Origin: Tubulanus polymorphus
Lineage: Eukaryota > Animalia > Nemertea
Direction of reading: 5' to 3'
Length of the DNA stretch: 64,000 nucleotides
Assembly: GCF_964204645.1 (NCBI RefSeq)
Contig: NC_134033.1
Coordinates: 11,602,655-11,666,654 of the forward strand
Shown: positions 25,901-36,772 of the stretch, in pieces
How positions within the stretch are numbered: the first letter of the stretch is position 1
Layout of the letters: the number at the start of each line of letters is the position of its first letter
Notes under the pieces: model-generated
Database searches by the model: none
The model's input: only the letters and a program-made list of their open reading frames with translations
Told to the model about the DNA's origin: nothing
Program-made: the position numbers and the translations under genes

Positions 25901-28900
25901 TTGGAGCTCTCCACTGCACTATTGCTTCGTGGGTACTGCCATCTTTGACATTGATCGGGCTTTTATACTGCTCCTCGGCCTTTAACTCTAACCCTAACAT
26001 TTAAGCAACTTCTTCAATACATACATTTCAGTGTAATTAGTATAATCATCCATGGGCTGTTGAAATGATGTGCGAACTGAACTGATCGCGATTAAGATTG
26101 GCCCACCACAATTGTGCGAATAGTTTTCCTACCTGGGCGTGGAATTTCTTCTGGAAATTTGGCCCGAAATCCGTCGACATTTGTCCGAGAGCGTTACAAG
26201 CGGCGTAACGAACGCGTGGATGCTGAAAAAAATTACGGAATTAAATACAAAATCAGTCGAAAATTGAAAATTCTACAGCATTTCACTGTGTAACGAATGT
26301 ATAACTATATTGCATCTCCCAACAAAGTAGTGCAATGATTTATAAATAGTTCATTCAAATATCTTTAACTCAATACAGTCACATCTTCATCCACAACTGC
26401 CGAACTGGGTCTAAATGTTTACATCTTACCACATCTTTGAGGAACGGTATAACAGTGCCGACAATGTCGCCTAATATACCTTCCATTTGTTTGTGGCATC
26501 CCTCGCCGCAAGCCGATATCGCCATTAATCCAGCGTGGCGGTACCTCCAATCACCTGAAAATACGCATATTATTAGAATCAAATATCGGTTCAGGTCTGA
26601 GTTACGTACGACTGAACTTACAGCCACGTAACAGGGCTTACTAACGCTTCACTACTCACTGTGGCCTAACATGCTCGGTATATTTGCTGTTATATGCGGC
26701 AACATCGTTTTACCACCTAGACCACAAGCCAGTCGATCCAAAGCACTTTCACCGGTCATAGAATTACTACAAACAAAGCAAGATTGCAACAATTGAACTT
26801 CGGAAATTTCGAAATCTGGTATGGCAAATTCATCATTCACTACAGGGCAACTGTAACTCTACAGCGTAGTATAGATAATGATTTCTAACGGTAAAACGGG
26901 ACAGTTGCAAAGTCCTGACTGAGGTCCATAAGTGGTCTTAAATCTCATGACCTGGGCCAAGTTGTATAGTCGTGAAAGGCTAAAACTGGTCTTAAATCTT
27001 AAGACATGTCTACAAGGTTAAGAATTTAACTGTAGGATCTACAAGGAACTAAACAAAGAACTAAACCGTACCTATCGTTGTCTTCCTCTTCAACCTCATC
27101 CGACAACGACCATTCCGGATCATCTTCAAGGTCGACCATAAACGCTAAAATTTCCGGCACTGAAAATAATGATAAAAATATTCCGACGGTTTTCTAATGC
27201 ACTGCGATTTATCATTACAAGAATTGAGACAATGTCAGTTAATTTTCGAATAATCTGCCTCAGTGAATGTTAAATTCTAATCAATGTAGATATCAGGAGT
27301 AGCTGATAGTCATCATTAGCAGATTTATAAATAAGAGATTTTGCTTATCATTTAATCGAGAGCCATAAATCAGTCGTTGAATCCTCTTGAGAAAATTCTA
27401 TAATCAATTTTTCTCTATTTACCTAATTGAGAAATGAATTGTCCTTTTTTTCGAATCATGGCCGGTGCTGTCTCTGACATGGTAACGATCACTTCTAACG
27501 CTAGATGGCGCAAACTGTCGTCGAGGGAGGAGTTGGACACAACCTTCGGATAAATGAGAAATATGAGCAGATATTGATGATAATGTGAAACAGACATTGG
27601 GTTTATGACAAGTTTTAAGTTCTTAACATCTTCAGCACTTTTGAGAATTAATAAGCCAGCAGTGAGAGGGTTAAACGTCAATAGGAACTTCTTAGCCACT
27701 GATGGAGATGCAATAAATATGCATCATGAAGAATATTTCATTAAACGACGTCAACATTATTATAACAAATTAATCGAAGTACCTTCATACACAGTGTGAT
27801 CACGCTTTCTAAATGGGGACGCAAGAATTTGGGAACTGTTTCAGCGAGCTCAACGAGGCATTGCAGCAATGAATTTTCTTCAGTCTGCGCGACATTTTGT
27901 TCGACAATCTGCAAAAAGTAACCAATAGTTATTAGACCAGAGATTTGAGTGTAATTTTTTCGTAAAACTGGACCCATGAGTCCGTTCAACTGGTCAGAAT
28001 TAGATTTAACTCATTTAACTGTGTTTAAATCTGTTCATTTCCGATGTTATCGAAATAAACCCAGACCTGCGGGGACAGGAAGGAAGGTTCTTATGTGACA
28101 ACGAATTCCATTTTCCATACGCCGCTTACACTACCTTCCAACTGGTTACTTCGTCGATGTACGCTAGACTTTATTATAGCGATATAACATACTTACAGCG
28201 AGGATAGTCGGCACGAAGTCTTTAAAACTAGCGAGAACGTGTTTATCATCTTCGTTGGCCAACATGAACGCAGAGACGGTTCGTACGGCCTCGAAACGCA
28301 CGTTAATCGAGTTCTGATCCAATAAACAACTGTACAACATCTGTTTGATGACCTCGAGATTTTGCGATTGTTGATTACCGAATACGCTCGGGATAGCGCT
28401 GTAACGAATAGAGATAATAGTGTAGGGTTCTTACTGATCAGGATGTCCAAAAAACCCCAATCATTGTTGCCACTTCTGCAGAGTTTCCTGATTTTTCCAA
28501 GTCATAACACAAAATACTGCAAGTGAATATGCTGCAGGTGAATGGAGAAATTCCCCGAATGAATCTGCGGCAAGTGAATGGAGAAATTCCCCGAATGAAT
28601 CTGTGGCAAGTGAATAGAGAAATTCCCCGAATGAATCTGTGGCAGGTGAATGGAGAAATTCCCCGAATGAATCTGTGGCAAGTGAGAATAAGAGAAATTC
28701 CCTGAATGAATCTGTGGCAGGTGAATAGAGAAATTCCCTGAATGAATCTGCAGCAGGTGAATGGAGAAATTCTTAGGTTTAAGTGTTCAAATCAATTCAT
28801 TGTCATTCAGGAATCCATTCACATTTCGATGAAGATACAGCATACGGTGAAAAATAGCGTAGTTAACTTACCCAAATATGTGCAGCGCGCTTTCGCGGAG

Positions 28901-31438
28901 GTCTGCATTCTCTGAGTTAACGCATGCGAACAGGAATTTCAGAATGTCCGGCCATTTATTGTTACAGTCATCATCTGCAGTAAAAAAATCCAGGTTGAAA
29001 CAAAATGTTCTCAGTACAAATAAGTCGAAGTTGGTTATAACACGGTCTTTTATGCTATCAATAATGTGGCCTGGACCCTTAACACTTTCAGTTGCATCTA
29101 CAGAATTCTCACTGCCATTGTGAATGAAAATGCTGAAAGGTTGTGTTGACCGTAGATTGATATCTGGATCAGGAAATCCGTGACAACACCACGGTTTAAA
29201 TCATTATAACGAACCTATCATGATGCGCGCGAGTTCGGCTACGCAGTCGCAGACCTTCTTGCGCAACGACATCAGCGATTCTTGCTGAACGACCTCCAAC
29301 AGCTTGTCGCGTATAAACGACTGAGCCTGCTCGTCTAATTCGTTCCATTTCTCATCCGTAGTAACCGTGATCAGACGACGAAGTAAAACAGCCGCCAAAC
29401 TTCGAATCTGAAAAGAGGGTGCAATTTATTGATTAAACAGTAATTATCATCATTTCAATAGTTTTCAACCAGCTGAACACTGTTAGGGGTATTGCGACAG
29501 TATTCATTCCCTTTCAACCGACCTAACTTCATTCTTAGGGTTGAAATTTCTTTTCCTCCTCTCCTGGCATAATAAGATTAATCAATTTCTACCACCTCGA
29601 CCTACTGACCAACACTGTGGCTCCATTTCTATGAAACACTTTCAAGGACTTTTTTGAACCCCGCTTCAAGGACTATATAAATGTCATGCTTAAGCCAGGA
29701 ATCTTGAAATTCACATTTTCCAGGCATTCTTTTGATCAGATTTGGGGAGCTGTAACAGTGAACTTGCAGTTGATAACTAATGACTGATGCCATTCAAGAA
29801 CCATAACAATGATTTTAGGATTTTACAGCCCATTCCATGATACTAAGGGCCTTGAATTGATTGATCCATTCAAGGAATACTATTTTAACCCGGCAATAAT
29901 ATCAATTTAATATTTCATAGTTAACTCGATCGCAGGTATGATTAGTTCAGTAAATTCAAGGTTTTCTGAAATGATGCGATAGGCCTATAAGATGAATATA
30001 CCTCAGCTGGTTGTCGAGTAGAGTCTGCAATCACTTTCATCAAAAATTCATAACGCCGCTCTTGTGGTAACTTATCGTAAACTTCCTGAAAAAGAAAAAT
30101 GAGTATGACAAAGATGAATAATTGGGCTTCAATTACATAATTAATTACAGGGTCCGATCTAAGGAATAAAAGCCACTTGCCCGGGGGAAGGGGGGGGCAA
30201 GCATATCTGAAATTTCACTTGCCCCCTCCAAAAGCTACTTGCCCTACACAGGCAGTCTGATTGGGGGCACTATCATCCATTGTATTGAGTGGGAAAAAAG
30301 CTTAGTGACATAAAATTGCACAAGCCTAATGGACAAGTGATAATGATAACCTACTTGCCCTGATGAGAATATACCTGTCCCGGGCAATCAGACAAGTGCT
30401 TAGATCAGACCCTGAATTATGTGCAATGCGCAAAACAAGCGCATAATTAACCGCAAATCCAGAAGGTTACGTTAAGGGTCTGTTATAGAGTTAGGATTAG
30501 AGTTAAGGGTTAGGGGACCAAACCAAAGGTTTGGAGACCCAACTAGTGCAGCAGGTTATTCCAGGAAAAATAAGTATGAATTAATCGTTGTAGTGAGGCG
30601 GTTGATGCCTCGGGGCGTGTTTGTGTCGAGTCGTCGTATCCAGTCTTGATCGGCTGCTTTGGGGATCGGTCTCGTCAGGCCTAGGGTTAGGTTTAGTGCT
30701 AGGCCTACTAACATGTAGTGAAACATTCAGTGGGATTCCATTAACCTCGACGGTCTAGTAGAAACACACTGCGCTAGCAGTATACTGGCTCAGGTTCGAA
30801 TTCCGCTCTATTTTCTCTAACTCGGTTCTCCACTCTTTCTTCGTTGAAGTCCAAGTCGCCATGCATACACACTCACAGTGTAAATTAGCATTCATTGGAT
30901 CAAAATCTGGACAGATTCAAATTAAATTTCTTAATTTGAAACAAAGTTTGGGTTTAATCTGGTAAATAAATTTTGAGCTGGCTGCACAATATATGCCCAA
31001 GGCGTGCTCAAGTCAGTGAGAGGATCCAAATACTTTTTTGACAACAGCAGCTGCCTGCATTACTTTCATTAGAAATTTTGACAAGATACAAGATTGACAC
31101 AATCATTTAAATCATTTTTGTAAGTTCTTCAGCAGCAGATTTCACATGAATTTGACCCGGTTTTCAGAGACAGTTTTCCCAGAGTTTTTTTTCAGACTAT
31201 CAAAGACTGGCGGCCGCGCCGTGTGTAGGCTACGGCATCCGCCGGCACCACATGTGTGCAACGGCGCAAATGAAGCCGATTATTCACGATTTAGTGCGCT
31301 CTCTTTCGCCGAACGACTATTTTCCAGAATTGAATAAACAGCTGAATAAAGATTTACCTCGGCCGGAGTGCGAACATCGTGGTCGGGACTCAACAGGCTG
31401 TGCAGTAACTGCTCAAACATTACCACGTCGTCGGCCAT
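13953..31438 (-). CDS. IPO5: Importin-5 (karyopherin beta-3 / RanBP5), 23 coding exons, ~1095 aa
   Basis: Exons assembled by hand with consistent phases: 31438-31358, 30085-30002, 29407-29215, 28974-28872, 28398-28197, 27908-27783, 27543-27423, 27159-27072, 26766-26660, 26554-26430, 26222-26133, 23494-23321, 22913-22674, 22311-22116, 21664-21446, 21043-20871, 20612-20501, 20334-20156, 19821-19747, 19563-19419, 19153-18925, 18559-18418, 14036-13953 (3288 nt). Motifs [80 protein letters not shown] and EVRQAAAYG are characteristic of IPO5/Kap121. Confidence 0.96.
14734..18159. repeat. 43-bp tandem satellite, ~80 copies, in the last IPO5 intron
   Basis: Consensus AGTAACAGACTCAGCTCATTGAGACAAGAGGTCGCTCTCACCT repeated head to tail with few substitutions. 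Confidence 0.98.
19984..20054 (-). ncRNA. Box C/D snoRNA candidate, family A copy 1 (IPO5 intron 18)
   Basis: Terminal stem TTGCC/GGCGAA; box C GTGATGA; guide TTTACTACCACCAT; D' CTGA; C' TGATGA; D CTGA; sense to host gene. Confidence 0.8.
21044..21445 (-). other. U12-type (minor spliceosome) AT-AC intron, IPO5 intron 15
   Basis: 5' end ATATCCTTTT (21445-21436), branch site TTCTTTAAC (21066-21058), 3' end AC (21045-21044). Splicing restores the frame [16 protein letters not shown]. Confidence 0.92.
21883..22023. mobile_element. Short palindromic MITE (GGGGCCAGTTGC...GCAACTGGTCCC)
   Basis: Terminal inverted repeats read directly; same family as 22491-22594. Confidence 0.7.
23871..23939 (-). 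ncRNA. Box C/D snoRNA candidate, family B copy 1 (IPO5 intron 11)
   Basis: TTGCCT-ATGATGA-CCATCAGCTACTC-CTGA...TTGATTA...CTGA-GGCGAA on the minus strand. Confidence 0.75.
24176..24247 (-). ncRNA. Box C/D snoRNA candidate, family A copy 2
   Basis: TTGTCA-GTGATGA-AAGATTTTTACTACCACCAT-CTGA...TGATGA-TTAGTAAATG-CTGA-GGCAA. Confidence 0.8.
24424..24496 (-). ncRNA. Box C/D snoRNA candidate, family A copy 3
   Basis: Same boxes and guide as copy 2; terminal stem TTGCC/GGCAA. Confidence 0.78.
24631..24700 (-). ncRNA. Box C/D snoRNA candidate, family B copy 2
   Basis: TTTGCCT-ATGATGA-TCATCAGCTACTC-CTGA...TTGATTA...CTGA-GGCAAA. Confidence 0.75.
24936..25007 (-). ncRNA. Box C/D snoRNA candidate, family A copy 4 (C and C' boxes read TGACGA; possibly decaying)
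   Basis: Guide, D' and D boxes intact; both C-type boxes carry a T>C change. Confidence 0.6.
25068..25136 (-). ncRNA. Box C/D snoRNA candidate, family A copy 5
   Basis: TTGCCT-GTGATGA-AAAAATATTACTACCACCAT-CTGA...TGATGA...CTGA-GGCAA. Confidence 0.78.
25241..25981. mobile_element. Non-autonomous DNA transposon with TTAA target duplication (Kolobok-like), 741 bp
   Basis: TTAA|AGGCCGAGGAG ... CTCCTCGGCCT|TTAA; no transposase ORF. Confidence 0.8.
27252..27325 (-). ncRNA. Box C/D snoRNA candidate, family B copy 3 (IPO5 intron 7)
   Basis: 7-bp terminal stem AATCTGC/GCAGATT; ATGATGA; guide CTATCAGCTACTC; CTGA; C' TTGATTA; D CTGA about 100 nt upstream of the 3' splice site. Confidence 0.78.
28521..28772. 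repeat. 33-bp minisatellite, ~7-8 copies, IPO5 intron 4
   Basis: Unit GAATCTGTGGCAGGTGAATGGAGAAATTCCCCGAAT-like; accounts for the spurious 11-aa-periodic ORF at 28523-28705. Confidence 0.92.
30148..30414. mobile_element. MITE with 16-bp TIRs CAGGGTC(C/T)GATCTAAG, IPO5 intron 1
   Basis: CAGGGTCCGATCTAAG ... CTTAGATCAGACCCTG with AATTA on both flanks; internal ACTTGCCC sub-repeats. Confidence 0.75.
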
Positions 31439-31450
31439 TTTACACCCGAG

Positions 31451-31463
31451 AATGGCGGAAAGG
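31451..31463 (-). promoter_or_regulatory. TCT/5'TOP-like initiator (CCTTTCC) overlapping a YY1-like CCGCCATT motif, ~25 nt upstream of the IPO5 ATG
   Basis: Minus strand reads GCTGCCTTTCCGCCATTCTCGGGTGTAAAATG. Confidence 0.45.
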
Positions 31464-32785
31464 CAGCGACTAGATCACAGACGCCGTCGTCGATGACATC
31501 ATATCAAACCAATTCAAATCTTCTTCGGCAGGGTTCAGATCTTCAGATCGTGCGCACGTCAAGCGAGGCGAAAGCAATGGCGAAGGTCGCTAGGGCAAAA
31601 TGTTATGTACCGTGTTCAGGGGGCCCGAACGCGCCATCCTCCTTTTTCAGTAGAGTGGTGCCCTTTTTGAAAATTGAAGAAGATAAAATCTAATTTGACC
31701 AGCCCGCGGGGCAAGATTTGAAACGTGCCTACTCAGCCCTTGCCGACTCAATCAATGACCGAATGAACCAATGATGAATGTGTAGCCTATCGATAGTTGA
31801 TTTCATGGCCTACCGTTGGAAGATTCCTCAGTTTATCAGAAAACTTTGAAAGTTTCCTAGTTTCCATAGCTCGCTGACGAGATACGGTACTCAAAAGGAT
31901 TTTTACTTCTTGAAAAATCCGGGGGGGTTTCGCCGGTTTTCCTCACAGCGGGGAAATTGTGCATAGCAAAAAAAAAAACTTTTTACAAATCGATACCATT
32001 TCGACATGACACGATTAATCGCATCACTTTCATCCTTTTTGATGAAAATGATCAACTTTTTTCGTTTCCAGTGGCACCACATTAACATTTTAAGTTTTGT
32101 CCTAGGAAACGTTTCACGTTCACTAGGCTCAATTCAGTGGGGAAGGATACTGTACTAAATAGAATGAAATTCGTTGCTATTTTGAGGAGGATTTGGCTGC
32201 CTGCTTTTACTGAAGTGTGCGATTGGAACACAGAGATCTACGTCTAATAAATTTTTAGTTCAAAGAGTGGGAACAGCAACTATAAAGCTTGACCAAAACT
32301 GCGACTTGTTTTTTGTTTTCCGACACTTAGTGTTCCGGGAGAAGTGTCCTTCTGCGCGGCGGCCTGGTCGTCTTCCCGGCCACTGAGAATACTTCAGTCA
32401 ACTCGGTCAGGACGGGCCTCCCCTTTGGTTGAAGCAGAAAAACCTAAAGGTAGGGACACACGAGCCCCTACCTTAACATATGAGGAATTCAATATTGCTC
32501 TCTGTGAAGTACGAGAAAGTCCTTATTATTTACATCTACCCACCGCCGGACCAGTCTCTCACGGGCGCCAACAAAAGAACGTCAATAAATTTAATTTATT
32601 CCATTGTTTCACCCTATTCCGTATTTTAGTTAATGGTCGGTTCCATATTTTATTGTTTATCTTTTAATATTACAGCGCTGTGTAAACAAATTTGTCAATT
32701 TTTGTCAAAGGCGTCAATTTTCTATTTCCGGGTTTGCGGAGCAGTTTTTTCTATTTCTTGCCTTCGAAGGTTACCCGTGAAAAAC

Positions 32786-35700
32786 ATGCTTTTAGTGCTC
32801 GACGATGTACATAAGAAACATTTACAGTACATCACAAGTGTCGATGTGAATGGTGTGTATAAAAGATAAAGCGAGCAAATGAAGTCAATTCATTCAATCC
32901 CATTCCCAGACTCAGAGACAGTGTTTATGGAAATCAATCTGGTTTCAGTTCACCTTTCCACTCTGAGGTGTTGCTGTAATTAAAGTTGAAGAATATGTAA
33001 TAGATGAAATCTAAGTGACGGACGCTTCGTCACCGCAGCTTGATTTAATTTTCACGACTAAGATTAAGAAATCATAACGATTCGAAAACAACCTCGTTCA
33101 CGTATGGAGTATAACAAAAACACTCAAAATAGTGTCAGTGACTAAAGGAACACCGAGAAAATTAATTGTTGTCAATGAAACTGGAAAGAAACTCTTACTA
33201 ACTCTTAAAGTCTATCAATTTTATTTCGATGTTGAAATTGTTCTGTAGATTTGGGCCCCGAGCATTAAATTATTGAAGAAATTAAATCAATTCTCATTGT
33301 TAAGCTTGGAAAAATGAAAACTGATGCCATGTAGTTAAGTGGTGGGGGAAAGAAGATGAAACTTCAACTTTAAGGTTCGATTAATTTCTGGTTATTAAAA
33401 ATTTTGGCTTATATTTTGATTAGGAAAATTATGACGAACCTGTTCATTTCATCTGTAGATCAAATGAAATTCAATTTTCTATGAAAATAACTTGACCCAT
33501 TCCTTAACTAAATATAAACTGGTGTTTGGCTACCCGGGACATGTCGGTTTACCACTGCTAAAAAGATTACTATTTCGATTTGTATCAGGAATTTTTCAAT
33601 GGTTTATAAACCACTTTGTAAAACCCGAAATGTAAAAACCGACATTATGGTGAAACTGAGACGGTTTGCAAGATCGAAGAATTTGACCTGGTGTTAATTT
33701 AGAAATGAGCTCCATTTGAAAAGTAAAGGAAGACGAGAAAAAATGAAAGACACGTTGAAACGCTTCGATCGCATAATTTTTTTCTGCCAGAAAAAAAAAA
33801 TCGAATAAATTATCAGCAGTAAAATTTAAATGTCAATACAAAAATTGATTTCTCTCGCAAAAAATATTTATTTGTTTCTAATTCTCGGGGGTATGTCGAG
33901 TACCAGGAATCTACGGCTCAAAATTAATAGTGCACGTGGCCAGCGGTACCGAATTCCTTATTTGGTGAAAGAAGGGGCGGAGACTAATGTTTTTGCCGAC
34001 CGCGATGTCGCTGATGTCGCTGCTCCGCGGAGCGAGACCGTGCCGCCTTGAAATTTTAAGCAAATCGTACGACAACGCGACTCATCGCAGTTTTAGGGTC
34101 ATTAAACTTGATAAATGATCACATATTTCAGCGCTGCGGCTGGGGTTGACTGTCGCACGCGCGTGCGAGAGCGTAATTCTCAGGGATTCGAACCTGCGAT
34201 GGCTGAACCGGGCCCCGGCGCGTGGTTTGTTTATTATGAATTCGCTCCCCGTTGCTAAGGGAATTTCAGCTATTTTCGAACTCGTTCGATCAACGCGGTT
34301 CATTGTTAAACTATTCATCGACCCAATCTTGTTCGAAATTTCATGAAATAAATAAATTCTGAAATAACCCGATCCATAAATTGCCTTATTTTAGTTATTT
34401 CGCTGCCGGATTTTAGCGTGACGTAATTCTACTTCCGATTTCCCCATGAACTTCAAACCGGATGTCAAGTGACGTCATTTTTTTCTGACTTTGTCAGCTA
34501 GTCAGAATCGGTTAAGAAGACACTTCGAAGTATCCACATATACGCGTTTACCAAAGGGACGTCCTCCGGGCGCCTATGGCGCCCGACGTCCGTCTAATAT
34601 TTTTATGGTTAAGTTACGTACATGAACAACAGTAGGGACACCTAAACTGCAGCCAGTCGCTCCCACTTTTGTACTGAAATCTCGACTATTGTACCGGTAA
34701 TTCTTGTTTTATGATACATTTCAGTGCTGCAGGAGTTTTGTCGTATGTCCCTTGAATTCATACGCAAAGGTATAAATTCAAAGGTCTACCAGGCAGCAGC
34801 ACGTAAGTAAAAGTGATTAAAAACTAAAAGTGATTTAAAAGCGATTTTCAGAAAGTTCATTTCGATGATTGGCTGATTGTTTATGATTTATTTCCTCGTT
34901 TAGAAAAATTGAATGTCGATGTTGAGACTGTGCAGCATGGAATTGAAGGTTTAATGTACCTGTTATCGGAAAGTTCGAAACTTATGGTGAGTTTATGCGG
35001 GTACCTTGTATCTATATGGTCCGTTTAGACCCTGCACTTCCACACACTTAATTATCATTCTTCTAAGTTTTGATAGTCCAGGTTTCACTTGTGTTGAGGA
35101 CCTCACCTCAGAAAGCTTCACTCGTTTTCAGAACTTCATCAGAGATTTTTTTTTATTGAAAATGAACTACGAATGCCTGACATTAACTGACCAGTCACTA
35201 AACCACAGTCGGGTTACTGACGGTTGGCTATGATTTCCATACACACCCATCACATCTGCTGGGAATGAAACCATCAACTATCTTCAACGTGTTACATACC
35301 ATCCGAGAAAGTGTTAGGCCTAGGGCCTACCGGTATATACATAAAGCCCTTTAGTTCTGTTTTTAAATGTTTTTTTCTTCATGAAATCCAGGTGAATGAA
35401 ATAGACTTCCACGATTCGATCCTGACGCTTGGATTCGACGATGAACTCAAAAAAGTTCTACAACAAGTCTACGAAACGAATCGCGATGAAATTCGTCGAA
35501 TATTGTCGAATATGATCTTGGAGCTGCCGCATTATACAAACCTCGAATGGCGATTAGAAGTTGAAGTAAGAAGCATTTACATGTTGTACATTATTAACCG
35601 TCGGTATAATTGCTGCTTTATCCAAAGAGTATTCTGCCTTATCCATGCAGGCCAAGTGCCCTCAAAAATATCACCCCACAAAATTTTTTTGTGACCAAGG

Positions 35701-36121
35701 TTTTCTAGCTATAATATTTTTTCAACGCATGAAATGACCAAAAGCACCCCCTAAAATGTTGTGGAAGTATCCAGAGTATGTGGTGTTTCGTAAAAAGTGC
35801 CCCTTTCTCTCATTGGACACCCCTCCCCCCATGGAAAATCGTAGATCCGCCCCTGCCATGTGGATTCCACCTTCCAATTTTCCACGAAATCGTCCCTAAA
35901 TGTGATATATTTTCACCTTTCAGTTGGCCAGTCGATCGTTGAGACATCAAACCAATCCGATCGTTACGCTGAAGTTGACGACGGAAGAATACGGCGAAAC
36001 GAAAACGCAAATATTGCAAACGGATCCGGTGAATTTAGTCCACCTGACGAATACATTAGACGCGGCTTTGCAAGAAATGAAAACGGCGCATTGTCGCCGA
36101 ATAGTTCGAAATATCAAATGA
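32786..36121 (+). CDS. COMMD2: COMM domain-containing protein 2, 5 exons
   Basis: Exons 32786-32852, 34725-34802, 34904-34986, 35392-35565, 35924-36121 with GT-AG boundaries. Protein MLLVLDDVHKKHL...TVQHGIEGLMYLLSESSKLM...YTNLEWRLEVE-LASRSLR...LQTDP...EMKTAHCRRIVRNIK matches COMMD2. Confidence 0.95.
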
Positions 36122-36243
36122 GAAGTGTCTTCAGTTCGTACGCGGCTCGCGTGTCAATGTTCGTGTTAATACAGTAGAATCCGCTTAATTCCGATCATTT
36201 TACACGAATAAAATTAATCTGGTTTACGAGAAATCCAGATTAA

Positions 36244-36772
36244 GGCCACACCAAAAGAAAACCCTGTTTCTCGGGCCCGACCGACCCGATATTTTGTCAT
36301 TTCAAATAATTATTTTCGAAATAAAATAAAATTTCCTACCGACCCTATTTCAAAATTGTGGATGAAATAACTATTTTCAAAAATATATATGTGGCCAACC
36401 GACTACAAAGCTCTCCATTCTCGTAAATATTTTTTTTTTTTTCGTGAAATCGTGATGTCGGCACAGAGACGACATGATAAAAAATATCTTATTACATCGG
36501 ATTTAACAATTTTATTCTGGATATGGTACTTGTGTGCTCAGACAACGTTGCTAATCAGATATTGATGGCAACCTTGGATTGTAAAATTCCAGGAATTCCG
36601 TATATAATATATTATACGCCTATTCAGGATTTTGATGTTATGTTGAAATTATTTACGGCGACCTACCCACTGTCAGAAGAATACCCCAAATTTTTTTTTC
36701 TATAAAAAAAAAAAAAATTCCCTACCGACCTACCCATTTTGGTGATTGCCCCGCCCGGTTTTTGGTGTGGCC
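36244..36772. mobile_element. PIF/Harbinger (Tourist-like) MITE with TAA target duplication
   Basis: TAA|GGCCACACCAAAA ... TTTTGGTGTGGCC|TAA; internal CCGACC sub-repeats. Confidence 0.8.

Noticed and set aside
28523-28705. ORF with 11-aa repeats
   Set aside because: Product of a 33-bp minisatellite, antisense within an IPO5 intron.
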